This document shows, in pieces, positions 20,127 to 29,209 of a stretch of DNA of 64,000 bases (positions within the stretch are counted from its first letter, which is position 1; each line of letters starts with the position of its first letter). A program made the translations under genes and the position numbers. Below the pieces are notes generated by a model. That model searched no databases. It saw only the letters and a list, made by a program, of their open reading frames with translations, and was not told the DNA's origin. The stretch is from a virus (lineage: Duplodnaviria > Caudoviricetes): the IMG/VR virus record IMGVR_UViG_2568526014_000001, positions 5,958-69,957 of that record, one strand, 5' to 3'.

Positions 20127-20982
20127 AGCGTGTTATGCACTTTTCTAGCTCACCTGGGTCGAAGCGGGATGGAAAAACGCCGCCCTTACCCAAGCGATGT
20201 AACGGATGAAGAATGGGGCTTCGTGGCCCCCTATCTGACCTTGATGAAAGAGGACGCCCCGCAGCGGCAATATGAACTGCGAGAGCTGTACAACGCGCTG
20301 CGCTGGCTGGCCCGCGCAGGCGCGCCGTGGCGGTTACTGCCGACCAATTTCCCGCCGTGGGAAGCCGTTTATCAGCAAACACAGCGATGGCTTCGCACCG
20401 GGTGTTTTGAAGCGATGACCGACGATCTGCGCTCGATCATTCGCGTCGCGCAAGCGCGTCAGGGCCAGCCCAGTGCGGTCATTCTCGATGGGCGAACGCT
20501 TCAGTCCACATGCGAAAGCGGTCCGCGCGCAGGATACGATGGCTACAAACGCAAGCGTGGCAGCAAAACGCATATTGCTGTCGACACATTGGGTCATCTA
20601 TTGGCCGTCTACATCACGCCAGCCGACGAGCAAGAGCGTGCTCAGGTTCAGGAACTGGCGCAACAAGTCCAGCAAGCGACGGGCAAAACGGTGAAACTCG
20701 CTTTCGCGGACCAAGGCTACACCGGCAAGGATGCGGCAGCGGCCGCGAGCGCTGAGGGCATCGAGCTACAGGTCATCAAACTACCCGAGGCGAAGAAAGG
20801 CTTCGTGCTTTTGCCGCGACGCTGGGTAGTCGAACGCAGCTTCGGCTGGCTCAATCGCTTTCGCAGGCTAGCGCGTGATTACGAGCGTCTACCTGAAACG
20901 CTGGCTGGCCTGCACTTCGTCGTCTTTGTCTCGTTGATGCTCGCTCGCGCTGTCCAGTATTTTTGAAAGTGCATAACACGCT
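20127..20982 (+). mobile_element. IS5-family element (IS1031-like)
   Basis: Terminal IRs AGCGTGTTATGCACTTT / AAAGTGCATAACACGCT, flanked by CTAG on both sides. Confidence 0.9.
20169..20966 (+). CDS. IS5-family transposase
   Basis: YPSDVTDEEW, GYDGYKRKRGSK, ADQGY, RRWVVERSFGW. Confidence 0.95.
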   Translation: MEKRRPYPSDVTDEEWGFVAPYLTLMKEDAPQRQYELRELYNALRWLARAGAPWRLLPTNFPPWEAVYQQTQRWLRTGCFEAMTDDLRSIIRVAQARQGQPSAVILDGRTLQSTCESGPRAGYDGYKRKRGSKTHIAVDTLGHLLAVYITPADEQERAQVQELAQQVQQATGKTVKLAFADQGYTGKDAAAAASAEGIELQVIKLPEAKKGFVLLPRRWVVERSFGWLNRFRRLARDYERLPETLAGLHFVVFVSLMLARAVQYF

Positions 20983-21015
20983 CTAGGCAAAACCTAGAGA
21001 TGAGGAAGATTCGAG

Positions 21016-21183
21016 ATGATGCTCCTGGTGCTGCTGCCCGGCCTACCAATTTGGTTTATCTCCGGCCTCCTTCTCAGTAGCTTCTTGAGCGATCACATGG
21101 GAGTCGGCGAGCACACATCCAGAATATTGGGTTGGGCTATCCCGCTCATCGTTTTCGCGATATGGCTTTACTCGGGGAAGTAG
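21016..21183 (+). CDS. 55-aa two-TM membrane protein (below ORF-track cutoff)
   Basis: MMLLVLLPGLPIWFISGLLLSSFLSDHMGVGEHTSRILGWAIPLIVFAIWLYSGK; RBS GAGGAAG. Confidence 0.45.
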   Translation: MMLLVLLPGLPIWFISGLLLSSFLSDHMGVGEHTSRILGWAIPLIVFAIWLYSGK

Positions 21184-21392
21184 CAGAATTATTCAAAGTT
21201 TATTGAATTGGGTTGCATGTCTGATCGGAAGGCATCCGTGGAAGCAATGTCACGGGTATCAATACATTCTTAACGATAGCGGCATCCATTTCTATCAGTG
21301 CGCTCTTTGTGGAAAGACGAAGTCGATGTAGGAGACGACAGCTGCGGCGTGCAAAAACGTCTACCAAGGGAAACGCCGGCTCGTCCGGCATG

Positions 21393-21468
21393 GGAAAACG
21401 GTACGCTGACGTTCAGCGTATGCGGCTTAGCATCAGGTAAGTCAAGGAGGCTTACCCGATGCAAACCG
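21393..21468 (+). promoter_or_regulatory. orphan duplicate of the late promoter, RBS and first codons of the protease gene
   Basis: GGAAAA-N29-TAGCAT then C(A/G)GGTAAGTCAAGGAGGCTTACCCGATGCAAACC, also at 28349-28388. Confidence 0.75.
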
Positions 21469-21607
21469 GACCGCTCGTGTAGCCCGCTCCTTCCGCTCAT
21501 TCCTAAGCGGGCGACAAGGATGAGCGAAAAATCGCTTCCAATTTTTCCGATCTTGCGGTAAACGGACACGGTGGCAGGCGAGATTCCGGAGCCTATACTC
21601 GTCCCAA

Positions 21608-21700
21608 CGTCGGTAGACAGCCGATGTGCGGGATTGGCGTCCCGGAATCAAAAGGCGCACGAAAGCCGCGCCGTCTCATGACACGCGGCTTTGTTTTTGT
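21608..21700 (+). ncRNA. C4-like antisense RNA, copy 1
   Basis: -10 TATACT at 21594; cloverleaf-like stems with loop GGG-ATTGGCGT-CCC; complementary target ACGCCAA downstream at ~21809. Confidence 0.65.
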
Positions 21701-21911
21701 GCGCTCGCTCGGCAGTTGCTCCTATGGGCGGCTCCGGATGGGTGGGGCTTCAGCATCACGAGACTACGTCCTGTCGTGCTTTGGTCCACCGGTTTCCTTT
21801 TGGCCGGCACGCCAACTCCTGTTCGGTAGCCGCCCACCCCCGATTGGCGTCGCGGGGGCGGTCTGAATCCTCGTGGTCAACCGTCGTATTAATGAGTCGA
21901 AGTATGCTGGG

Positions 21912-22817
21912 TTATCGACTTAGTACGCTGGTGTCGTTGAGTTGTGCCCAAAAAGCTGCCTCCGAGGCTTTAAGTGCGTTGTGGCCATTTCTTAGTCGCG
22001 TATCTTCGGGCGAGTCGAGGGTATGGGCATGGAGAAGAAGTAACGCATTAATTTCCATCCATCCAGGAAAATATTTTTCGTTTTCGAGTAAGCAAGCCTG
22101 ATTCTCGATCAACATCTCCGGGATGATGGTAATTGGGGTAAGTGGATGGTTCGGGTCGTGATATACCGAGCAAAATACAGACGAAGAACCAGATCCGATA
22201 AGATGATTGCACTCGTCGCCGTGAACAAAGATTTTTTCCGCCCATTCTCGCCGATTCGCACCTTGAAGAAAGAGGCAGCCCGAGTGCTGAAACTTGTCGG
22301 GCTTGGGGCGTATTATGCCGGCGAAAGCGTTATCTCTTTTGATCTCAGAAAGTATATCTTTGAACCGCGCATGCACTTGGGCGTTGTGCTGCCTAGCATG
22401 TGCAAACCGCTCTTCCTGTAGCCTCGCTCGTCGTTTTGCCCGATCTTCTCGTGACTCCGAGATTGTGATCGAACCCGATTTTTTTGCTGGAGCTTCGGGT
22501 ATCGACAACGCACGTACATCGCCCACTCCTAACTTGTCGCGATGGTCTGCGAGGAATGCAGTAACTTCCGACAACACTTCTATCTGAAACCATTCAGTGT
22601 AACCATCGCCGCGTGGCATGTCATATGATCGGTTTCGAAATAAATAATGCAGAGTGCTCTCGATTTTGTATGCATTCCCATTATTCACTTCTACTTCAAG
22701 GCTGATGGTTAGGTCTATTTTGACGGCGAAGCTTGATAGGCGACGGTATGGGTTTCGGCTGACCCCGATTTTGAACGCAGTTCTACTCCTGTTGACGAGG
22801 AGATACAGAAGACTCAT
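21912..22817 (-). CDS. T5orf172 / GIY-YIG-like domain protein
   Basis: LYLL...FKIGVSRNPYRRL...IESTLHYLF...GYTEWF. Confidence 0.8.
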   Translation of the reverse strand: MSLLYLLVNRSRTAFKIGVSRNPYRRLSSFAVKIDLTISLEVEVNNGNAYKIESTLHYLFRNRSYDMPRGDGYTEWFQIEVLSEVTAFLADHRDKLGVGDVRALSIPEAPAKKSGSITISESREDRAKRRARLQEERFAHARQHNAQVHARFKDILSEIKRDNAFAGIIRPKPDKFQHSGCLFLQGANRREWAEKIFVHGDECNHLIGSGSSSVFCSVYHDPNHPLTPITIIPEMLIENQACLLENEKYFPGWMEINALLLLHAHTLDSPEDTRLRNGHNALKASEAAFWAQLNDTSVLSR

Positions 22818-22940
22818 GGTGTGCGGGGTTGATGAGGGGCGGTTGATAACTATTATGTTCAGGACGAGTTTCGATTCACTCAATACTACCGGATGGTGGC
22901 GGCAAACGAGCATAAGTTTTAGTCTAGCCTAGACTACTTA

Positions 22941-23805
22941 AAGTCGCTAACACAAGTCATCCACAAATCTCGAGCAGATGATGGCGGCAGCCAGGACGAG
23001 CAAAGCGGTATGAATATCGAGGCGGCGCTCGAAGCGAATCCGGAGCTTTCCGAATCCGGCGAACCAGGCATGCGTGCGTTCGACCACCCAACGATGCCGC
23101 CCAAGGCGATCGCGACTTTCGACGCCACGACGCGCGATACGGGCCTTGATGCCGCGCTGTCTCAGATAACGTCGACAGCGCGCAAAGTCATACCCTTTGT
23201 CAGCGTGCAGTTTGGTCGGCCGCTTGCGCGGCTGACCAGTCAGGCCAGCCACGGCAGGGATGGCATCAAGCGTGAACTCGAATGCCATCGAATCGTGCCG
23301 ATTGGCTCCCGTGATCGTGACAGCCAGCGGGATGCCACGCGCATCTACGACGATGTGTCGTTTCGATCCGAGCTTGCCGCGGTCCGTCGGGTTGGGGCCG
23401 GTTTCCTGGCCCCCCGGGGGCTGGAGACGCTGGCTCCATCGAGGCTGGCGCGCTCCCAATCGATCTGGTCGTGCTCACGCAGCCGACGCAGCATCGCCAG
23501 ATGCAGCCGATGCCATACACCGGCCGCTTGCCAGTCTCGCAGACGCCGCCAGCACGTCATGCCGCTGCCAAAACCCAGCTCCTGCGGAAGGTCTTCCCAC
23601 GGGATGCCAGTTTGCAGCACATACAGGATGCCGTTGAGCGCAGCTCGGTCGTTGACCGTGCGCCGCCGTCCGCCCTTGGGCGATGGGGTGAATTCCGGAA
23701 TCAGAGGTTCCAGCACTACCCACAACTCGTTGCTGATTTTGCGTCTTGCCATGTCGCAGACGATACGACTTCTGCTACGTCATGTCTAGGTTGCGTTAGC
23801 GATTC
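22941..23805 (-). mobile_element. IS5-family element (IS427/IS402-like, frameshifted transposase)
   Basis: Imperfect IRs AAGTCGCTAAC / GTTAGCGATTC, TTA duplication; orfA 23345-23752 and orfB 22947-23459 overlap at a C/G run. Confidence 0.9.
22947..23752 (-). CDS. IS5 transposase (two frames, probable programmed frameshift)
   Basis: ISNELW...GIPWEDLP; GPNPTDRGKLGSKRH, ADKGYD, RWVVERT. Confidence 0.9.
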
Positions 23806-23936
23806 TTAGGGCCCCTGGGCGGGCACACTACGAGGCTTTGAGGCAAGATCGGGTGAAAAATCGCTTCCAATTTTCTCGATCTTGCGGTAAACGGACACAG
23901 TGGCAAGTGAGATTCCGGAGCCTATACTCGTTCCAA

Positions 23937-24030
23937 CGTCGGTAGACAACCGGCGTGCGGGCTTGGCAGCCCGGAAAGGAGGCGCACAGTAGCCGCGCCG
24001 TCATCTCATGACTCGCGGCTTTTGTGTCTG
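23937..24030 (+). ncRNA. C4-like antisense RNA, copy 2 (immI-like)
   Basis: -10 TATACT at 23923; loop GGG-CTTGGCAG-CCC; target CTGCCAA at ~24110 inside a long hairpin upstream of the antirepressor operon. Confidence 0.7.
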
Positions 24031-24187
24031 TGCGCATGCTCGGCAGCTGCTCCAATGGGCGGCCCCGAGTGGGGACCCTTTCGCGAGGGTGCCGGTGACT
24101 CCTACCGGTCTGCCAACCCTGCTCGGTGGCCGCCCACCCTTCATGGCAGGAGGGTGGTGGTCGATAGAACCGCTTAGGAGCCTTGTC

Positions 24188-24787
24188 ATGAGCACCGCAT
24201 CAACTGGTGGGCGCCCGCTCGCCCATACATCTTCTATTCTCAACGAATCGTCGCCGGCTCAATCGCCGGAAGAGGGCGTTCAACCGCTAGCGCTCGATGA
24301 GTTGACGATCCACATGCGCCCCTACGACATGTCGTGCTGCGACTACGTCGGCACACGAGCTCAACTCGAGGCTGAAGGACTGATTCCGATGGGAACGGTC
24401 TGGCCGGACGGCTTTAGGGCCGGCCCGCGCTGGGAGGCCAATGGGCTGCAGTTCAAGCTGAATCGTCGGCGCCCCGAGGGGGTGAAGGGCCCGCGGAGAG
24501 AGTTCATCGACTGTGACAACTGGTGCCTGCGCATCGAGGTACTCGGAAGCAACGCATTCACGGACGCGGTTGCGCGGAAAACGAGGGAACTGCACGAGCT
24601 TCTCAATTGCTCGAAGCCGGAGTCGGCCGAAGTTCGGAAGGCTCGACATGTGCGCTGCGAGCTGTATGGCGCTGCGGTGAGGGACGAGCAGTTCCAGGCC
24701 TTCAAGAGGCTGGTTCCGTGTTTGGTGCCGCCGCCTCGGAAGCGCCGCCGGCCGGCCGCAGCAGCCAATCGATCGCAGGAGGCCTGA
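24188..24787 (+). CDS. hypothetical protein in antirepressor operon
   Basis: RBS AGGAG before ATG 24188; the upstream extension in the ORF track overlaps the RNA target hairpin. Confidence 0.6.
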   Translation: MSTASTGGRPLAHTSSILNESSPAQSPEEGVQPLALDELTIHMRPYDMSCCDYVGTRAQLEAEGLIPMGTVWPDGFRAGPRWEANGLQFKLNRRRPEGVKGPRREFIDCDNWCLRIEVLGSNAFTDAVARKTRELHELLNCSKPESAEVRKARHVRCELYGAAVRDEQFQAFKRLVPCLVPPPRKRRRPAAAANRSQEA

Positions 24788-24788
24788 G

Positions 24789-25577
24789 ATGAGCAACGTG
24801 CTTCCGTTCCGATTCGATAGCCATGAAGTGCGTGTCGTGACAGACGGTCAAGGCGCGCCATGGTTTCCGGCGAATGCTGTCTGTGCAGTCCTAGGCTACG
24901 GTAACCCACGTCAGGCAGTCGAATCGCATATTGATCCGGATGATGTCCAGAAACTGGACGTCATCGACAGCCTTGGCCGGACGCAGCTCGCGAACCATAT
25001 CAACGAGTCAGGTCTATACGCGCTGATTCTCGGCAGCACGAAGGACGAGGCCAAGCGCTTCAAGCGGTGGGTGACGAGCGACGTGCTGCCGGCGATCCGG
25101 AAGACTGGATCCTATGCGTTGCCACAGCATGCAGTGGCGCGAGCGTCTGCAGTCCAGCTTCAGCCTGTCCGCGACCTTCTCCTGGTCGGCCGAGCAATGA
25201 GTCGGGTGAAGGGCGTGAACGAGGCGCTGGCAATGGCCTACACGCTGGACGCGATCGAGAAGTCGACAGGACTGCCGGCGACGATGTTGGCCAAGGCGCT
25301 GCCCGCGGTCGCGCCCGATGAGGTGGTCACGCTGAATGCAACGCAGGTCGGCGAGCCGCTGTCTCTGAGCAACCAAGCCGCCAACCGGCTGCTGGAGGAG
25401 CTCGGTTTCCAGTACAGGGACGAGAGCAAGCGCTGGAATCTCACCGAGGCGGGCACGGCCTATGGAGAGGCGAAGCCGTTCCACCGGCGGGGCCACAGCG
25501 GCTACGAGATCCGTTGGAAGGCGTCGGTGGTTGAGGTCATCCGCAAGTATCTCAGTTCGTCGGCGGCGAGCGCGTAG
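24789..25577 (+). CDS. BRO-N phage antirepressor
   Basis: FRFDSHEVRVV...PWF...INESGLYALILGS...AKRFKRWVTSDVLPAIRKTGSY. Confidence 0.9.
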   Translation: MSNVLPFRFDSHEVRVVTDGQGAPWFPANAVCAVLGYGNPRQAVESHIDPDDVQKLDVIDSLGRTQLANHINESGLYALILGSTKDEAKRFKRWVTSDVLPAIRKTGSYALPQHAVARASAVQLQPVRDLLLVGRAMSRVKGVNEALAMAYTLDAIEKSTGLPATMLAKALPAVAPDEVVTLNATQVGEPLSLSNQAANRLLEELGFQYRDESKRWNLTEAGTAYGEAKPFHRRGHSGYEIRWKASVVEVIRKYLSSSAASA

Positions 25578-25689
25578 CGAGTACGGCACGGAAGCGACCG
25601 CGCAAGCGACTATAGCGGGTCCGAACACGCGTGCGAGACGTGCGCCTGCCACTTCGGAAATGACGCCGGCCAGCCCGACCGGCTGCCCA

Positions 25690-25971
25690 CGCGCGCTGCA
25701 TGCGTCGACCTCACATTGCGCGTTCGGCGGAAGCGGCCGGGCGGGCGCGCAGCAAAGCGCGCGCTCGAGCGCGAACTGCTCGCCCCGGAATCTGCGGACG
25801 CCGACGCGCAACGGCCACACCGCTCTGCAGGTGGAGTTCGCCTCGGCCGACTTGTTCGACCGCGAGATCGATGACCTGGTCGCGGCGCTCGCGTTGATGG
25901 CTGACCGTCACGAATGCGTATCGGAAAGCGAGGCGCGCGCTGTGGTCGACGGCCAGCCGTGGCGCTGGTGA
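25690..25971 (+). pseudogene. possible remnant of a resolvase-associated C-terminal domain (frameshifted)
   Basis: VDLTLRVRRK...RALERELL in one frame, then LFDREIDDLVAALALMADRHECVSESEAR in another. Confidence 0.3.
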
Positions 25972-26194
25972 TGGTCCCATATCTCGGGTAGGTGGCCGAT
26001 ACCGTTCAATTGCTCCAGGGTCATTCACAACTCGATCATGTGATGCCATACCTCGATGTATCGGCCCGTGATCGGCGCGAAGCGATCGCTGCGATGAATC
26101 CAGACGAATGACAACAGGAGCGCCGGGGTACTGGTAGGCATGCAAAGCAGCATCATATGATGCTATAATGTGTGCATAACGAAAGGAGATTCTC

Positions 26195-26392
26195 ATGCGC
26201 ACCACTATTGCCCTTGACGACGACTTGATCGCCAAAGCCCAAGCATATACGGGCGTGGAGGAAAAATCCGCGCTTGTGCGCGAGGCACTGAAGGCACTGA
26301 TACAGCGCGAGGCCGCAAAACGCTTGGCAAATCTCGGGGGGAGTCAACCGGGCATCAAAAGCGTGTCGCGTCGACGACAGGATGTCGAATGA
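26195..26392 (+). CDS. vapB: VapB antitoxin (DUF2191-like)
   Basis: MRTTIALDDDL...SALVREALKALI ribbon-helix-helix; ATGA overlap with PIN gene. Confidence 0.9.
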   Translation: MRTTIALDDDLIAKAQAYTGVEEKSALVREALKALIQREAAKRLANLGGSQPGIKSVSRRRQDVE

Positions 26393-26760
26393 TCCTCGTT
26401 GACACCTCGGTTTGGATCGACCACATCAATACTGCCGATCCGATGCTGATAGCGTTGCTTGCCGAGGAGCGCGTTCTGATCCATCCCTACGTGATTGGGG
26501 AGATTTCACTCGGCAGCTTGCGCAATCGCGACATCGTGCTTGGCGCATTGCTGGATTTGCCTCACGCTGCAGTTGCAACGCCGGATGAGACGTTCTTTCT
26601 AATTGAACGTGAGGGCTTGTTCAATAGGGGCGTCGGGTATGTGGACGTCTCTCTGCTAGCTTCGGCCCGTCTCATGCCAGGCGTCACCGTCTGGACACGC
26701 GACAAGCGTTTAAAGAATCTCGCTGAGGAACTTCGCCTCGGTGCAATGCTTGGGCACTAA
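26389..26760 (+). CDS. vapC: VapC PIN-domain toxin
   Basis: MILVDTSVWIDH, HPYVIGE, VGYVD, WTRDKRL. Confidence 0.92.
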   Translation: MILVDTSVWIDHINTADPMLIALLAEERVLIHPYVIGEISLGSLRNRDIVLGALLDLPHAAVATPDETFFLIEREGLFNRGVGYVDVSLLASARLMPGVTVWTRDKRLKNLAEELRLGAMLGH

Positions 26761-26864
26761 CAAACGGAAAACGCCGGCGGCGCCGGCACCAGGGAAAATT
26801 CGCTTGCTCGGCCGGCACGGGAAAATTGGCCGGTGCGGCAAGCGCTCGAAACTAAGGAGCCTCC

Positions 26865-27116
26865 ATGCCAACGGGACGTGTTGTAGCAGTCAATCAACGG
26901 CGCGGCATGTTCATTGTCGCGATCGATAACGGGGATCACGTGGTGTTCGAACTTCTCGCGGGCATCGACGTTGCAGTCGGCGACCTCGTGCAAGGAGATC
27001 TTGAAGCGCTGGGCCGTGAGACATTGCGCCACCTGGGGCAAGGTCGTAACTTCGACGCGTATGGACAGAGTGGACCAAGCAGCCTTTCTGCCTGCAACCG
27101 TCTCCTTGGTGCCTAA
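26865..27116 (+). CDS. small hypothetical beta-rich protein
   Basis: RBS AAGGAG, 83 aa. Confidence 0.6.
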   Translation: MPTGRVVAVNQRRGMFIVAIDNGDHVVFELLAGIDVAVGDLVQGDLEALGRETLRHLGQGRNFDAYGQSGPSSLSACNRLLGA

Positions 27117-27133
27117 CTGGGCCGAGAAACTCC

Positions 27134-28258
27134 ATGCTACCTAAGCTTGACCAAAGCGTGCTGCAGTCCATTGTCGATACTGCTGCCCGGGAGTCAATCG
27201 AACTCGACTTCAAGAGAGAATTTAACCCAGAAAGCCCCGACCATCGGCGAGGTCTGATTGAGGATGTCTGCGCATTGGCAAATGCGCGTGGCGGTTGGCT
27301 GCTGCTCGGAATAAGAGAGGTGGCGGGCGCAGCAACATACTTGTCGGGGATACAAATCGATGATGAGGATACCTTCCGATTAAGGCTCTTGCGCATGATC
27401 GAGAGCGGTCTTGAGCCTCGACTAGGTGGCGTCCATGTCGAATGTGTGCCGCTCCCAGCCGGCGGCTACGTCGTAGGCCTACGCGTGCCGCAGAGTTGGA
27501 CCGGGCCGCACCGCACCAGTAGTGGCCGTCGCTTTATGGTGCGCGGCGATGGCAGCAACAGCGAGTACGATATTCATGGCCTGCGCCACGCCTTCTTGGT
27601 GGGGGGTGATGTCACGCGAGCCTGGGAGGCATTCCGCGATGACCGGATAGCGCGATATTACGCCAATCGATTGCCGATAGCGGTCAAGGCGGGGGCTGCG
27701 GCACTGACCCATCTATACCCTCTCAGCGCGGCGGCTACACCAAATACCATAGACGTTACTGCGGCCGCCGCACTGCCAGATCTTGTCCGTCAGACTGACG
27801 AGAACCGTCGTAGCAGGCTCCATGTTGACGGTGTCGTGCGCTGCGGTGGTGCGGAAGTGGACGGTGAATCGACACGCCACGTACAAGTCTTTCGCAGCGG
27901 GGCGCTAGAGGCGTTCGAGGTAATCGACCCGGATGTGGGCAAGCCGGGACTCGCACTTCCTTGGGTACAAAGGACGGTAACTGAACTGCTGCCGAGATGG
28001 CTGCGTGGTCTAGCGAAGCTCGAAGTCACCGGACCATATCAGTTCGGTGTGACCTTGGCCGGTGTGCGCGACATGCGGCCAATGCGCGACGAAGATGGTT
28101 TTCCATATTGGGGCGAATCGGCGAGGGAAGAAACCTTGCTCTTACCGGCGCAGACCATCGACCCAGCAGAGTTTGACGAGACGCAGTTCCTCGAGGAAAT
28201 GCGCGTGCTTCTGCATCAAGCTTTCGGGCGGGATGGGGTCCATACGCGGTATTTCTAG
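27134..28258 (+). CDS. Schlafen/AlbA_2 domain protein
   Basis: ESIELDFKRE...EDVCALANARGGWLLLGIRE...PH...RGD. Confidence 0.85.
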   Translation: MLPKLDQSVLQSIVDTAARESIELDFKREFNPESPDHRRGLIEDVCALANARGGWLLLGIREVAGAATYLSGIQIDDEDTFRLRLLRMIESGLEPRLGGVHVECVPLPAGGYVVGLRVPQSWTGPHRTSSGRRFMVRGDGSNSEYDIHGLRHAFLVGGDVTRAWEAFRDDRIARYYANRLPIAVKAGAAALTHLYPLSAAATPNTIDVTAAAALPDLVRQTDENRRSRLHVDGVVRCGGAEVDGESTRHVQVFRSGALEAFEVIDPDVGKPGLALPWVQRTVTELLPRWLRGLAKLEVTGPYQFGVTLAGVRDMRPMRDEDGFPYWGESAREETLLLPAQTIDPAEFDETQFLEEMRVLLHQAFGRDGVHTRYF

Positions 28259-28313
28259 CTCGACGTTTTCACGTGATTATCGGCTGTCTTCAGTTCATCA
28301 TTGGAGGCACAAC

Positions 28314-28354
28314 GGAAAACGTCCCCTCAACGGGCGGCGCGGGTGACATAGCAT
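28314..28354 (+). promoter_or_regulatory. late promoter GGAAAA-N29-TAGCAT
   Basis: One of 7 copies with identical spacing. Confidence 0.75.
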
Positions 28355-28379
28355 CGGGTAAGTCAAGGAGGCTTACCCG

Positions 28380-29201
28380 ATGCAAACCTCGATCATCAGC
28401 TACAACCTGAAGGAGCGCGGACGGCATTTCCGCGGTAAGGAGCGGAACTTCGACATCCGCTCGATCGTCGACGCGATCAACGGTCCTGCCTGCCAGGAGC
28501 GCGTGAAGAGTCGCGACATGACGGGCTACTACGGCCACTGGCCGCGCATCAAGTTCGGCATGAACCCAACCGAAGGCGGACTCGATGACGGGCGCCCGGC
28601 GCTTGTCGAGCCCGCTCTCGTGACCACGCTGCTGCGCGCGAGCGCGGACGGCTCCATTGAGCACCAGGCCGAGTTCCTGAACAACGATCCCGGCCAAGTG
28701 GCCGCCAAGCTGTACGCCGGCCGCGTCGGTGGCTTCAGCTCGGCCATCGATCCGCTGCGGCCGGAGTTCTTCGGCTTCGACTACGTCCTCGAGCCGAACT
28801 ACTCGACCAACCGCGGTTACACGCTGGACGACGTCAACGACATGACGCCCGACGACATCGAGGCGGCGATCTACGACGAGCAGCTGCGCGGCGTGCTGCG
28901 CCTGCTGGACTCGGTCAACGCCGAGCGCGACCAGGCCAGCGAGGCGATCGAACACCTGCGCGCCGAGAACGAGCAACTGTTGTCCATGCTGGCGGCGAAG
29001 GGCATCGAGAGCAGTGTGGTGCTTGACGCTGCGGCCGTGGCGCCGATGGTGGTGGATGAGGAGCCGTTCGAGCGGCTGCGCCGCGATGCTGCCGAGTTCC
29101 GCGGCGCCGGCTCGCTGCCGGGGTTCGTCAAGCCGCAGGTGGCCGGGCCGGCGGATACCGTGCCGGCATACGGGCGCTTGCTCAGCAAGTTCTCGCGCTG
29201 A
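28380..29201 (+). CDS. prohead processing protease (P1 Pro-like)
   Basis: GYYGH, HQAEFLNNDPG, GGFSSA, FGFDYVLEPNY match the P1 Pro pattern as I recall it. Confidence 0.75.
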   Translation: MQTSIISYNLKERGRHFRGKERNFDIRSIVDAINGPACQERVKSRDMTGYYGHWPRIKFGMNPTEGGLDDGRPALVEPALVTTLLRASADGSIEHQAEFLNNDPGQVAAKLYAGRVGGFSSAIDPLRPEFFGFDYVLEPNYSTNRGYTLDDVNDMTPDDIEAAIYDEQLRGVLRLLDSVNAERDQASEAIEHLRAENEQLLSMLAAKGIESSVVLDAAAVAPMVVDEEPFERLRRDAAEFRGAGSLPGFVKPQVAGPADTVPAYGRLLSKFSR

Positions 29202-29209
29202 GCGCCGCC

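Noticed and set aside
23885-23900. CGGT-N8-ACAG upstream of C4 copy 2 as a LexA box
   Set aside because: Mismatch in the critical CTG half-site, and copy 1 is worse (ACGG); not supportable
24008-24187. N-terminal extension of the 259-aa ORF
   Set aside because: Overlaps the C4-like RNA and target hairpin; the RBS supports ATG 24188, although a short icd/ash-like peptide cannot be excluded
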